From assembly GCA_050273025.1 (NCBI GenBank), contig CP158635.1:20336001-20400000 (forward strand): a DNA stretch of 64,000 bases. Reading direction: 5' to 3'. A program made the translations under genes and the position numbers. Within the stretch, counting starts at the first letter, position 1. The number at the start of each line of letters is the position of its first letter. The notes under the pieces are model-generated. The model was not told the origin of the DNA. It made no database searches and worked only from the letters and a program-made list of their open reading frames with translations. This stretch comes from Cenococcum geophilum. Its lineage: Eukaryota. This document shows positions 27,760 through 40,729 of this stretch, piece after piece.

Positions 27760-29397
27760 TAGGATATATAGTTTAAATCTATCTACTACCTTAATAGCTT
27801 AAAAGTAGAGATCTTACCTCTTATCCCTACTAATATTCATATCTTAAACTTATACGCCTCCTATATCTTATTAGTTATACCTTTATACTCCCTTTTTAAC
27901 GCCTTTAATATATTAATATTCTATATCTCCTCTACTAACCTTACCTTAATTAGCTTAAGAATCTCCCTTTACTACTTATTATTAAACTCTAGCTAGTTAA
28001 TAAGCTATCTAAAGAAGAATTTAAGTAGCTTAACTAGGTTTATCTTTAACTAAATAGGGCTAGAATTATAAGGCTAGTTAACTATTAAATATAGATATAA
28101 AGGGTAGTGTAGAGGGTATATAGGGAGCTAAGGTTAAGGCTAAGACTGTTAATAGTATTATCCTTTTTCTTTAACTACTTTATCTTATTACTTTTACGGC
28201 CTTTCTTCTTCTAGTTTATAAGCTAAATAATAATATTCTATAAAGGCTAATCTATAGTAAACTCTCCCTTTAATAGCTTATAGTTCTAATATATTAGATT
28301 TTCTAAGCTAATAGGATAATAGTAGAGGATATAATCTAGTATGGTTAATAATTAACTATTACGCTAATACGATATAGAATAGTTACTATAGTGCTTATTT
28401 AAATAAGACTACCTATAAACTATCTTAGGGACGTAATTACCGGCGTCCTCCTTAGCGGTAAATAGCTTAGGTAAATTATTAAGTTAAGCTTATATAGCAG
28501 TCCTTTTTTCTCCTAATATATTACTTACTTGCTAATTTAATATAGGTATCGGTATTACTAGAATTACCTTTTTTTCCTTAACTAAACTTAATATAAAGTT
28601 AAGCCTTAAGGATTTTAATAGCTAGCGTAAATACTACTTCTTTATAATCTTAACCGCCTACTAAGGGTCCTTATAGTTATTAATTTACTATTAATAGAAA
28701 TTATAAGCCCGCGCGTTCTTATATAAGGCAATCGCCTTAAGCTACTAGACTTTAAACTTTATAATAAGAGATCTCTTAGAAGCTTTCCCCTCTAAACCTT
28801 AATTATAATCAGGTAGAGTATAATCTAATTTAATATTACTAATTAAGTCCTAGATAGAATATCCTTTTTATTAAATACCTTCTATATACTTATAAAACGT
28901 ACTATTAGCGGCGGCGGCGGCTCCTCTATCTTATCGTCCTCTACCTCCTTCTCTTCCTCGTTATTATCCTCTGCATCTATATCTATTAAAGGCTAGGTAA
29001 ACGCCGGGGGTAATGGCGTAAACGGTAATACTCTTAGGGTATAGAGGCGGGGAAACACGTGTAGGAGGCTAAGGCGCTGCCCTAGGTCTTGCTTTCTTAA
29101 CTGCCGGTATAAAGGGCGTCGATATTAAATGGGAGCGCTTCTTTAATATTTTAGAAGGACGCCTTAATACGCAGGTCGGCAGTTTAGCTAGCTTATTACG
29201 TCTGTTAGAAGCCATAGAAAACACAAAAGGTCCTATATAATTATTAATTAAGCTAAACTTAAACTTTATTTTAAGCTACTTACGGCTATTTACTAACATT
29301 TGCTAGGTCTTTAATAGCTAGCATTAAACCTCATACAAATTTTAGTGGGGTGCGATGCGGGTTGTACGTGGGCTTGGCGATCTTTTGCGGATCACTG
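27760..29397 (-). mobile_element. Putative DNA-transposon end (TA + CAGTG terminus) carrying a RIP-degraded ORF of unknown function
   Basis: CACTG-TA at 29393-29399. Degraded minus-strand reading from ATG near 29215 (MASNRR.., acidic tract, PPPP). RIP signature implies a repeat. No partner TIR in the window. Confidence 0.4.
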
Positions 29398-29808
29398 TAA
29401 ATTGTTTCAGCGGCTTGCACGTACCTATTACCTCTAGGAATAACATAGTGAAGATTCTATACAGTAAGGTTTAGTGCTATAGTATAGAGGAATTATAAAG
29501 GCCGTTCCGACCAATTATACGAAGTTAAAACGTGATGCTGGTGTTAGTTTAAAAGGAACTAGAAGAATTAGAATATTCGTAATTGCTCTTAGCCATGTGC
29601 ATAGGTTAGAGTTGGAGTAGGGAAGTAAGAAGACACCCTATCCTAGCCTTCATCACTATTAGCTCCCTAACGTGAGACAAATACCATTAGAAACTCTAAT
29701 AAGCACTTCAATATTACACGGATCTGTTAATGTCCCCGAAAAAGCTCCTCAAACGCATGCACACCTCATCCTAAGATTGAGTCCAAACACATAAGGCTCG
29801 CTGGCACT

Positions 29809-32748
29809 CTACAATCTACTCTCAAAACCACCAGCGCCCCATCTCCTCTCTCCTGGCCAACTCGCCTCAGGCCACACACACCTCAGCGCGTCCCAGATGT
29901 GGGCAACATGCACAATCTGCAATCCCTCGAGCACTTCAATGGGTATATCCCTAATATCCTTCCTATTTCCCTCTGGCAATAACACCTTCTCCACCCCAGC
30001 CCTCAACGCCCCAATGAGTTTCTCCTTGATCCCACCAACCGGCAAGACTCTCCCCCTCAGGCTCACCTCACCAGTCATAGCCAAAGTTGGCGGGACCGGC
30101 TTTCCGCTGAACAGTGAGATAAGGGCAATAGTATGCGCCAGCCCAGCGCTAGGTCCGTCTTTGGGGATTGCGCCGCTTGGGCAATGCACATGGATACTGC
30201 GATTCTTCATGATATCTTCCTCTAGCGAGTGCGTTAATGCCAGTTCGTATGCATGAGCTTTCACCCATGTCAAGGCAACCTCTACACTCTCTTTCAGCAC
30301 ATCGCCCAGCTTTCCAGTCAGCTGTACGCGACCTGACCCAGGCATATCGGCGACTTCGATGAAGAGGATGCTACCTTGCCCACCAGTGCTGTAAGCGACC
30401 AGGCCAGTAACAACGCCGGGTCGTGAGTGCTGCTCCGCGAGTTCCTCACTGAAGCGCTCAATCCCGAGGATGGTATCGAGATCGGCTAGAGATACGACCG
30501 GGTTATATGCGGTTAGTGAATTTGTGTCCTTTGCGGAAGCATATTCAACGGCTTTAGAGCGGCAGACGGAGCCTATCTCGCGCTCGAGGTTGCGCACGCC
30601 AGACTCACGGGTGTAAGCAGCTATGATCTTGTCTAGAACCTCCGGAGTGAATTGCACAAGGTCAGAGGCAAGGCCATTAGTAGTGATTTGCTTGGGGAGC
30701 AGATGTCGGGTTGCAATGTGGCGTTTTTCGAGAGTAGTGTATCCGGATAGCTGGATCATCTCCATACGGTCAAGGAGAGGAGGCGGAATTGTATCAAGAG
30801 AGTTAGCGGTGGCGATGAAAAGTACTTTGCTTAAATCAACGGGAATATTGACATAATGATCGGTGAATGTGTGATTCTGCTCCGGATCTAACACTTCCAA
30901 CATCGCAGCGCTCGGATCGCCGTGGAAGTTGCTCATGCCTAGCTTATCAATTTCATCGAGCAGGAAGACTGGGTTTGCGACGCCAACCTTTTTCAGCCCA
31001 TTAACAATGAGTCCAGGCATCGCAGCTACGTACGTTCGTCGATGTCCGCGGATTTCAGCCTCGTCTCGTACACCACCGAGAGAGATGCGGTGGAATTTGC
31101 GTCCAAGTGCAGCGGCCACAGACTTAGCGAGACTTGTTTTGCCTGTTCCCGGAGGACCTACGAGGAGGAGAATAGGGGATTTGTCAACCATACGCTTCTT
31201 CTCTAGTAGTCTTAATTCTGCTTCCCCCGGCTCTTTTGAGGTGGGTTTCTCTGCTTCATCTTCCTTTTTCTCATTTTTAGCACCAGTAGCAGCAGCGGTC
31301 AACTGCTTAATTTGCAAATCGAGGTCAGCATTCGCCGCATGTTTCAATTTTAGGACCGCCAGATATTCCAGTAATCTTTTTTTGATCTTTTCCAGCCCAT
31401 AATGATCATCATCAAGCTGTTTCTTTGCCCGTGCCAAAGTGGCAGCATCGAGACGATCCTCCGTCGTCTTACTCCACGGAATCTCTGCTAGATTTTCTAG
31501 ATAATTTCGGCAAACCTGATACTCCGCCTGCGCCGGATTCATCTTCTGGAGTCTCTGTAATTCTCTTTGCGCCACTTTATCTGCCTCGGGTGACAGTTTC
31601 GCCTCCTCCAACCTCTTTTTTAATTCGTCCAGCTCATTGACTTCTTCACCGCCCTGATTTCCTCCAGGGAAGCCCAGGAAACCTGGAGGTATACCACCGG
31701 GGAGTCCATTCGTGCCTCTCCTAAGCAGTGCCTCTTGTTGCAATTTCCTTAGACGGTCTATATCAAATGTTCCGCTTGGTGAAGTGCTTGATGATACTGT
31801 GATCCTCGTGCTTCCCTGGATCCCTTGGATCTGCCTCTGCAACACCTCAATTACTCGTTCCAATCTATCCTTTACATCTAACGCAGCCAGTATTCTCAAT
31901 TTCTCCTCGTGTGTGCAGTCAACAACATTCGCCATGAAGTCTGCCAAAGAACCTGCTTCTCCAATGTTCTTGCGCGCGATATAGAGTTCTAGCCTACGTG
32001 CGACGATGGGGGATAGTGAGACGGATGGGCTGCGGGGAAGGATGGAGGAGAGGCGAACTAGTGCAAGGAGCTCGCGAGAAAGCTGCTTTAAATGCTGGAA
32101 GAGTTCTGCAACCTCCGTATTCGAGGCATTGACTACTTTCCAACCGTTAGCTTATCATAGCCAATGCCCATTCAAATTCTCCGTTACTATAGTTTTATCC
32201 CATTATGCATTCTATCATCCTCCCATATTCCTCGAATGCTCGGGCAGATATTATAGAAGGGATCACATACCTTGATCTTCGACCACCTCAATCATCCCCT
32301 CAAAATACGGTTTCTCCTGCAGTATCTTCTCAATCCTAAACCTGCCCAGCCCCTCTACTACCAACGCTAGTTCGCCCTGCCGCCGTCCCTGCACCCCAGA
32401 CACCTTTGCCACACACCCAAACCCAAAGAGATCTTTATTCTTCGCGACGACTGGATCACTCTCATAAACTGCCTTTCCCTTGGTTCTCGCATCCCCATCT
32501 CCTTCATCCAACAGCAGTTTCCCATTTTTGCTGACCAGAGTCGAGTTTAGCGGCACGCAACCGACCGTGATGGTGGCATCTGGTTTTGCGGTCGTAGCGC
32601 GTGAGTAGATCTTGGCGAGGACGGCGGTGACATCGGCACGGTTGGTGATGGGAACACGAAGTGTGACTCCTGGGAGAAGCACAGAGGGACTGGTAAGAGG
32701 GAGGATAGGCAAGACCTTGGGTTCGGCTTTCGAGGGGGACTTGCCCAT
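29809..32748 (-). CDS. LON2: Peroxisomal Lon protease (Lon protease homolog 2), 933 aa; exons 32748-32271 and 32132-29809
   Basis: LON N-domain start (LPILPL..VLLPG), Walker [10 protein letters not shown], Walker B FLLDEIDK, catalytic PKDGPSAG and GGIKEK, PTS1 SRL. The 138-nt intron GTATGT..GCTAAC..TAG joins the two ORFs in frame. Confidence 0.96.
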
Positions 32749-33351
32749 GGTGAATTTGGGGTTCCACGGTCCAGACGCCCGACAGCTAGGAGTGTATATA
32801 GAGACAAATACAGAGGTGGAGGAATGGATACGGGTAAAAGCCGATTGACGGATACAAAGTCTGGTAGGATGAAGCGCTTAATCTGTTGATATATCTGGAA
32901 GGGATACGGAGAGCGGAAGTATCGCAATCTAGTGTATTGCATCGTCATCGCCGAGGTAATACGGCCCCTGTCTCGTGATTGGGCTTGAGCACGGAATGAT
33001 ATGGAGCAGGAAGGAGAAGCTTTTCCATGTTAAACTACATTAAACGACCGCGACATCTCTCACTAGTCTAGCAAAGGCAGACCAGGTTTAGCTCTGTGAA
33101 TCATTTATATTTCATAAGCTACAACATCAAGAATTCCTCCTACCAAATTCCTGGAGCCGTAATTCCGCTTCTCAATAAATCAACATCTCCACAAGCCTAG
33201 TGTACCCTCAGCCTCTAAATACTAACTACCCCTAAAAGCTCTATCACTATATTATCTACTAAGCTGCTACGTACCTAAAATTACAAGGCAGTATCTATTT
33301 TATAGTTCTATCTACTAGTTGTACAAAATAAGACTTTTTTTAGTAGTTATC

Positions 33352-33638
33352 GCGAACGTCCACAAAGAAAGCTGTCCGTGCAGAACACCAGGATCAGAAC
33401 AACGCGCATAGGCTGATCAAACCATGCCTTCTAATTGTACTTCCAGTGATATAGACCTTGTTCAGCCGACTCAATATAACGTTCAACCAAATCGTGTCTC
33501 AAAAAAGCCTCCCCCGGAGCCTTGGCCGTTGCTCGATTTCGAACCTCTCTACATTAGTTGTATATTCCTGAGCATGGCATTGATTTAATTGGTAAATCCT
33601 TGTCGATAACGTGTGGACGAATTTTGGCGGGTTAAGGG
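33352..33638 (+). mobile_element. Internally deleted relative of the piggyBac-like element; left TIR not recognisable
   Basis: Similar to 18055-18285 (ACACCAGGA.., AATATAACGTTC.ACCAAAT) fused to a 3' end like 21105-21162; ends GGGTTAAGGG followed by AT. Confidence 0.75.
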
Positions 33639-33890
33639 ATAGAAGCGTTTTTAAAAACAAGTATATGCGTACAGGTGGCTCGCTTATTTTCACAGCACTT
33701 TCGAAAAAGGTAGTAAAGGGGTAGAGTCGGATATTCTTACTTTCGTACGAGTAGGCCCGGTATAACAAAGCCCCGTAGGAAATACTACAGTGGACGTATT
33801 AATAGGTTAGGTATATAGATAAATATAAAACAATAAGCTTAAACTAGTAAAGTAAGTATTTAATAAATTAATTATAATTATATTTTAAGA

Positions 33891-34315
33891 TGTTACGGAC
33901 GCTTTAAGTACAATGTTACGACTACTTGGAGAAGAGACGGAAGAAGCTAGTTGGTTAATTCAGGCACGGTCTAGGATAGAGCCGGTAGAACCATATGACG
34001 AGAAATAGTAGCCGAGGTTACATAATATGCTACGTATTAAACGCAAGGAACGAGAGGAACTCACGTACCTTATATATAAGACGTATATTATATATAAGAA
34101 GGATTTTATAGGAGTACGGTTGTATATTTAAGGACCCTTAGTCCCTACCTAGATAGTTCCTTCCTTATAGTAATTCTTAGAATATAATTAGAGTTAATCT
34201 ATTAGGCAACTACTCCACTAGTTATTATTACGTTGTTAACTTTTATACTTATATTTTCTATATACCTAGCCTAATAACGAGCCTACTGTAGTTCCTGCTA
34301 TAAGGTTCTGTTATA
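33891..34315 (+). repeat. 5' LTR of copy F
   Basis: Direct repeat of 41420-41844, differing mainly by transitions. Confidence 0.95.
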
Positions 34316-37300
34316 CAATTACTACCTAGTTACGGTATTAATATAAGAAGTTAAATAATATGCTACTAAAAGTAGCTACTACAACGCCATTAACGGCAGC
34401 AACTATATTGAGGTTAGGTAATAACACCAGTATAGTAGACACTAACTCACAGCAACCTATAATGGTTGGACAGTTATAAGAGATAGTTAACTAGTTAACA
34501 GAAAATAATGTAATGTTGGAAAATAGGATTAACGGGATAGGCGTAGTAAAGGTTAAGTTACCATCAATTAAAAGGTACTTAGGAGAGAGATTAAAGCTTA
34601 AAGGATTTCTAACGTAAATATACTTTAAGGTAGTACAGGAAGGAGTAAAGCTAGTAATACCTATAGATTAAATAGCATATATAGGATTGTTCTTAATAGG
34701 AAAAGCACTTAAATAGTTTAAGCCTTACCTAATAGAAATCTAGGCAAATGGAATAACAACTATAAATTAAGAGGTACGGTTTATATTCTTAAGCTAGAAT
34801 GGATTCGTTAAGCGACTTATATAAATATTTGGAGACCTAGAGGCAGTAACTATAGTAGAAAGAAAACTCTAAAATATTACGCAATGAACTTTAGTAATTA
34901 AGTATATAATATAGTTTTAGACGCTAGTAATATAAGTTAAGTGGAATAATAGGGCGCTTATAGCACAGTATAAATAGGGACTTAAGGCTAAAGTCTAGGA
35001 CGTAATTATTCTAATGGAAGATGTAGATACCCTAAGGGAATTAATAAATTAGGTAATTAAGATTAATAATTGGATCTACTAAAGGGAATAGGCTAAGAAA
35101 GGTTAGAATAGAGTTCTATAGTTGTATAAGGCGTAGAGTACGCAACGATAGAAGCTAAGTTAAAAACTATAGTATAGCGCAGAGCTAATAGACCTAAGTG
35201 GTATTAAAGAAGCCTATAAGAGATAGAGTAAATAACCGTAGAAACCTAGAGGATAAGGATTAAGTAATTAAAGGTCTAAGAAGCAGAGGCCAAATTAGGG
35301 ATCTTAACAGCAGAAGATATTTAGGCGGACTCTATAGCAAGAAAAATGGTTTAAAAAAGGAGCTTATATAAATTGCAGAAAATAAAGTTATTACGTTAAA
35401 GACTATAAAAGTGGGTAGAGTTACTATATAGTAAAAGGTATAAGACTAGTAGATAATATATACGTATAGAGGGATAATAATATACTACGAGGAATAAAAG
35501 AATGTTTAATTAGAAGTTTTACATTTTGTTATAATAACGCATACTAAATTTATAAGGACGCTAAGTATGGCGTAAGCTATTGGCTATAGGAGCTAGCACC
35601 TATAGGATATAGAGGAACTAATAAACTAGTTCGTAGATTGGATATTAAGGATAATAAATTTAACGTAGGCGAAACATTTTATAACGATAAGGTAATAAGA
35701 GCGGTTTACTAGGAACACGTAGCCATTAAAGATATTATACTAAAGGTAGAGGATAATTCCACTATAGAATAGGGAATATTAGTAGGGATTAAAACCCTAC
35801 TAAATATGATGTCTATCGCTTCGCGAGATGTAAGAGAAGTAGGATAGCGAACTACTTTGGTACTTAATAAAGGCAAAAGGCCAAAGGCTTAAGATTCTTA
35901 TAGCAAGATAAGAGACGACTAAGATTCTTAAGACGAGATAAGGTAAGCTTAAGGACCTATAATAGACGAAAACCAATAGAGTAGAGTAGTAGCTTAGTTT
36001 AAGAATATACGAATAAGTTTAAGATAGAGATTCCTATAGGTATAAGATTCTTAAGACGAGATAAGTGAGATTTAAGACTCTTAAGACGAGATAAAAATAC
36101 TAAGTAAGCCTAGTTAGACTAAGGCTGGAGCTAAGCTTAAGTTAGAAGCAAGCTTAGGATTAAAGAATCTAAGGGATTAAGAATTTGGAGTATAAATTAG
36201 GACACCTATAAGTAAGAGGCAAGGAGCTTTTTTATAGATTAAAGAATCTGCGGCGCAAATAGTAATTAGACTAGGAGACGAATATATAGACCTAGAAGAT
36301 TTACTAGTAGAACACGTTGTTTAGACTAAAGGTTGAAAAGTTAATACCAAGATTAAGAAGCAAGAAGACTTTAAGGATTAAAGCGTAAGGCGTAAACCAA
36401 AGGAAACTATAGAAGAGTTTAGATAAAGAATTATCGCATAGCAAGAATAGAAACTAGATAAGAGATCTAGCATATTAGGACGTATAAAGGATAGAGCGCT
36501 AGTATAAAGAATTACTAATAGGCCGAGAGTAGGCACACTAAGAGCTAAGTGGCTTACTAAACTGGAAGATAAAGAGGATCTAGGGATTTTAACTAGGTTC
36601 GAAGAACGATATATAAAGGGCTATTACGACGTAGTAATAAGAAGATACTTCCTTATGGATAAGCCGTATATACTTTAGCAGCTGTATTAAAAGTGGTATA
36701 GGCAAAGGCATAACGATGAGTAGGAAGATTTCTATATATGGTTAGATAAGAAAGTTATCTAGAACTACCCAATTATAGAAAAGGCTATAACTTACATTAA
36801 AGGAGCCTTAATTATAATGTTAAAGGATCTAAAGGAGCGTTTAGAGGACTAGAGAAGTAAGAGACGTATCTTAATACCTATAAATAAAGTCGTAATGTTT
36901 AGATTAGCACGATAGAGGTTTAAACTTAAGGATAAAAATAAGTTAAGAGTTAACCTAAAGTACCTAGCACACTATACGTTATTATGGATTGCGTGCGTGG
37001 ATAATATATATAAAATATATAAGAATTTAAAGAAAAAGAATCGGAAATACCCTATAAGGATATACTAGATAATAGACGAGCGATAGTATAGAAATGCTAA
37101 ATATATGTATAAATAGCATCTAGCAGAGGTCTAAAAGGAAGGAAGTTTAGTACTTTAACCAGAAAGATTCCTTATGGAAGAATGCTTAGACGGATAATAG
37201 TAGTAGAAATGCCTAGAAAATATGTATTTATAGTATATTAAAGATAAAAAGCAAACTAGGCATTAGCTAAAGAATAAGCTAAGTGTAATAGGATTAAGCA

Positions 37301-40300
37301 GCTAACAGTTAGGAAAAGTAGAGGCCTATGGGACTAGAGGGAGCTAGTAGTAGAGCCTTAGACCCTTAAAGGAATTTAAGGACGGCACCTAAATTTATAA
37401 GTTAAATGGCAAGATTAACAGTTTAAGGCATTAATAGATAGTAGAGCAATAAGGAACTATATCTTGCTAGTAGTAGTTAAAAGGATAGGATTACCTTATA
37501 GACAAAAGGAGAAACCTTACCTATTAGTTATAATTTTAGGAGATCTAATAACCTACGGAGGAGGGATTATTAATCTTAAAATAGGACCTATTTAGATAAC
37601 TATTAAAGGAAGACAAATTGAGATGTCTTTTAATATCCTACTATTAGGACGGGATAAGGTAGTATTAGGGATGCCTTAGTTACAGGAATATAATTTAAAG
37701 ATTAATTAGATTATAGGTTAAGTTAATATTAAAGATACTTAACGCCATAAGATGTAATAATAAGCTAAGTTGGTATAGTACTAAGTGGGAGCAACCTATA
37801 AGGAAACAGAAAAAGGATTAAGTTATATATTAAAGAGATACCATAAGTATAGTAAGAAACTATAGTTACCGGAAAATAAAAAGCTATTAGAGTATATAGT
37901 ATAGAACTATAAGATAGAATTAAAACTAGAAATAAGTTTAAAGTTCTTTCCAATCTATAAGCTTACTAAAGAAGAAGGTAAAGCACTAAAAGAGTTTATC
38001 TAGGAAAATCTATAAAAGGGATATATTAGACCATCGCAGTTATTAGTAGGATATCCAGTACTATTCGTACTAAAGAAAAATAGTAAACTAAGGCTGTGTA
38101 TTAATTATAGATAGTTAAACAGCATTACTAGGAAGAATAAATATCCTTTACCCTTAATTAGCGAAATCTAAGATAGAATAGGCAATACGTAAATCTTTAC
38201 GAAGATAGATCTAAGATGGGCGTACTATTAGATTAGGATTAAGGAAGGCGATAAATAAAAGGCAGCCTTTAGGTTAAAGGAAGGACTGTATAAACCATTA
38301 GTTATGCAATTTGGGCTTATAAACGCACTAGCAACGTTTTAGAAGCGTATTAATAATATATTAGGAGAACACTTAGATAAATTTATTATAGTATATCTTA
38401 ATAATATTATTATCTACTTAATAATTAAGGAAGAATACGGGGAATACGTTAAATGGGTTTTAAAGAGACTATAAGAAGAATAGATGCTAGTAGTAATTAA
38501 AAAATGCGAGTTCTTTACTAGGAAAACCGATTTCGTTAGATTTATTATTAAACTAGGCCAACTTAGCATAGATCTAAAGAAGATTAAGGCTATAGTAAAT
38601 TGGCAAAAACTAAAGAATATTACGTAGTTAAGATTGTTCTTAGGGTTTTATAATTACTATAGGAGGTTTATAGCATAGTGGTTAAAGGATATTAAGCCAT
38701 TTACGCGATTAATAAAGAAAGAAGAACTATAGGTATAGGGAGAGGAATAGAAGGAACTCTTTAAAAAAGTTAAAGAGTTATTTACCTAGGAGCCAGTTCT
38801 TAAGATCTATTAACTAGGTCTAGAGACGGTTATAAAGATAGATGTATTAGACTATGCACTAGGGGTATACTTTATATAAAAACATTAAGATGGATAGCAC
38901 CTAGTGGCATATTATAGTTAAAAGATAACACTACTAGAGTTAAACTATAACATCTACAACAAGGAGTTATTAGGTATAGTTATAGCATTAAAGGAATAGA
39001 GAGTATTCTTATAAGGTACAGAAAAACTATTTATAGTTAAGATAGATTATAAGAACCTAACAGGATTCCTAATAATAAAGGAACTTAACTAAAGATAGGT
39101 TAGATAGGCAGAGATGCTTATAGAATACTATTTTAAGATTTAGCATACTAAGGGTATAGATAATACGCGGGTAGATACTTTAAGCCGTAAAGCTAAACTT
39201 TAGAACAACGAAAAGCTATTAGGGGCTTTACTGCGAAAAGACACAGACGGATTAATTAGGTATAATTATCTAAAAATTATAGCCACTTAAGAAGATAATA
39301 AGTTAAAGAAAGTCTATAAGACACTAGAAAGCTTTTGGGTATAAAGGATTCTAAAAGCATAACTAGAAGATCTATAAATAGATATATATAAAAATTGAGA
39401 AGTAAAGTATATCCTAAGAAGTATAGCAGAGCAGTTTATAGAAGACTTCTATAAGGGACTAACTTAAGGACATAATGGAGCTATAGGCTTAGTGTTAAGA
39501 CTCTAGGAGGAGTACATTATTAACGGAATCTAGAGAATAGCTAGAAAAGTCACTAAAGAGTGTCTAAATTGCTAAAGGAATAAACTAATAAGGTATAAGC
39601 TATATAGAGGGCTATAACCTATTAAAATACTAAAGAGACCATAGGAGGTTATATCGTGGGACTTTATTATTAAGTTATTAAAGTTAAGAGATCCTATTAC
39701 CGGATAAGATTATAACGCGATTTTAGTGATAGTAGATAAGCTTATAAAGTGGGGATACTTTATAGTATATATAGAAGAAATCTTAGCGGAAGATATTACT
39801 AGAATCTATATTAAAGAAGTATTTATAAGATATAGAGTACTAAGTAAAATTATATTGGATAGAGATCTAAGATTCGTAGCAGTATTTTAGGAGGTATTCT
39901 TAGCGGAGTAAGGAGTTTAAGCAGCAACTTCTACCGCATATTATCCGCAGATAGATAGTTAAACGGAAAGACTAAATTAGATACTAGAGCAGTATCTAAG
40001 GCATTATATTAATTATATATAGAATAATTAGGTATTACTATTACTAGTTATATAGTTTGCATATAATATAACACCTTAAGAAGGAATAGGCATATTACTA
40101 TTTAAGGCGAATTATGGATATAAGCTAAGGATATTATTATTACTACGGCAAGTAAAGAAAACGAGTAGTATAGCTAAAGAAAGAATAAAGACGTTAATAA
40201 ATCTTTATATAGACCTTATAAAATTAGTAAAGAAAGTATAAGAGAGAATAAAAAAGTACTATAATGCTAAGAGATCTAAGGGACTAGATCTTAAGGAGGG

Positions 40301-40729
40301 AGATAAAGTATGGCTATTATACAAAAATTTTAAGAGTCAACGACTAAGTAAGAAGTTAGACTACGTTAGACTAGGACCTTTTAAAATTATATAGAGGATT
40401 TCACCGGTTATGTTTAAGTTGAACCTACCAGCCAAAATAAAGATCTACCCTATATAGTATATCGCAATACTAAAGCTAGTATATAGGAATATTAAGCTAC
40501 TAGTTTATAAAGTAGATATGTATAGAGGACAGGAAGAAGACAAATAGTAAGTTTTAAAGATTATTAGTTATAAGGATATTAACGATAAAATATAGTATAA
40601 GGTTAAGTGGATAGGCTATAACGAGACTACCTAGGAGCTACTAGAAAATTTAAAGAATGCTATAGGAAAGATATAGGAGTATTAGAAGAAATTAGGTTAG
40701 GTAGTATTAATAAAAAAGGATTGCTAAAG

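Noticed and set aside
29897..32948. Short overlapping ORFs on either strand within LON2
   Set aside because: Antisense or alternate-frame shadows of a GC-balanced CDS with no independent motifs.
33786..33800. TA+CAGTGG resembling a Tc1 TIR
   Set aside because: It lies inside the reverse-oriented LTR and aligns with the D/E LTR sequence.
35890..36100. Spaced AAGATTCTTAAGACGAGATAAG repeats resembling a CRISPR array
   Set aside because: Eukaryotic retrotransposon coding repeats with irregular spacing, mirrored in copy A; no cas genes.
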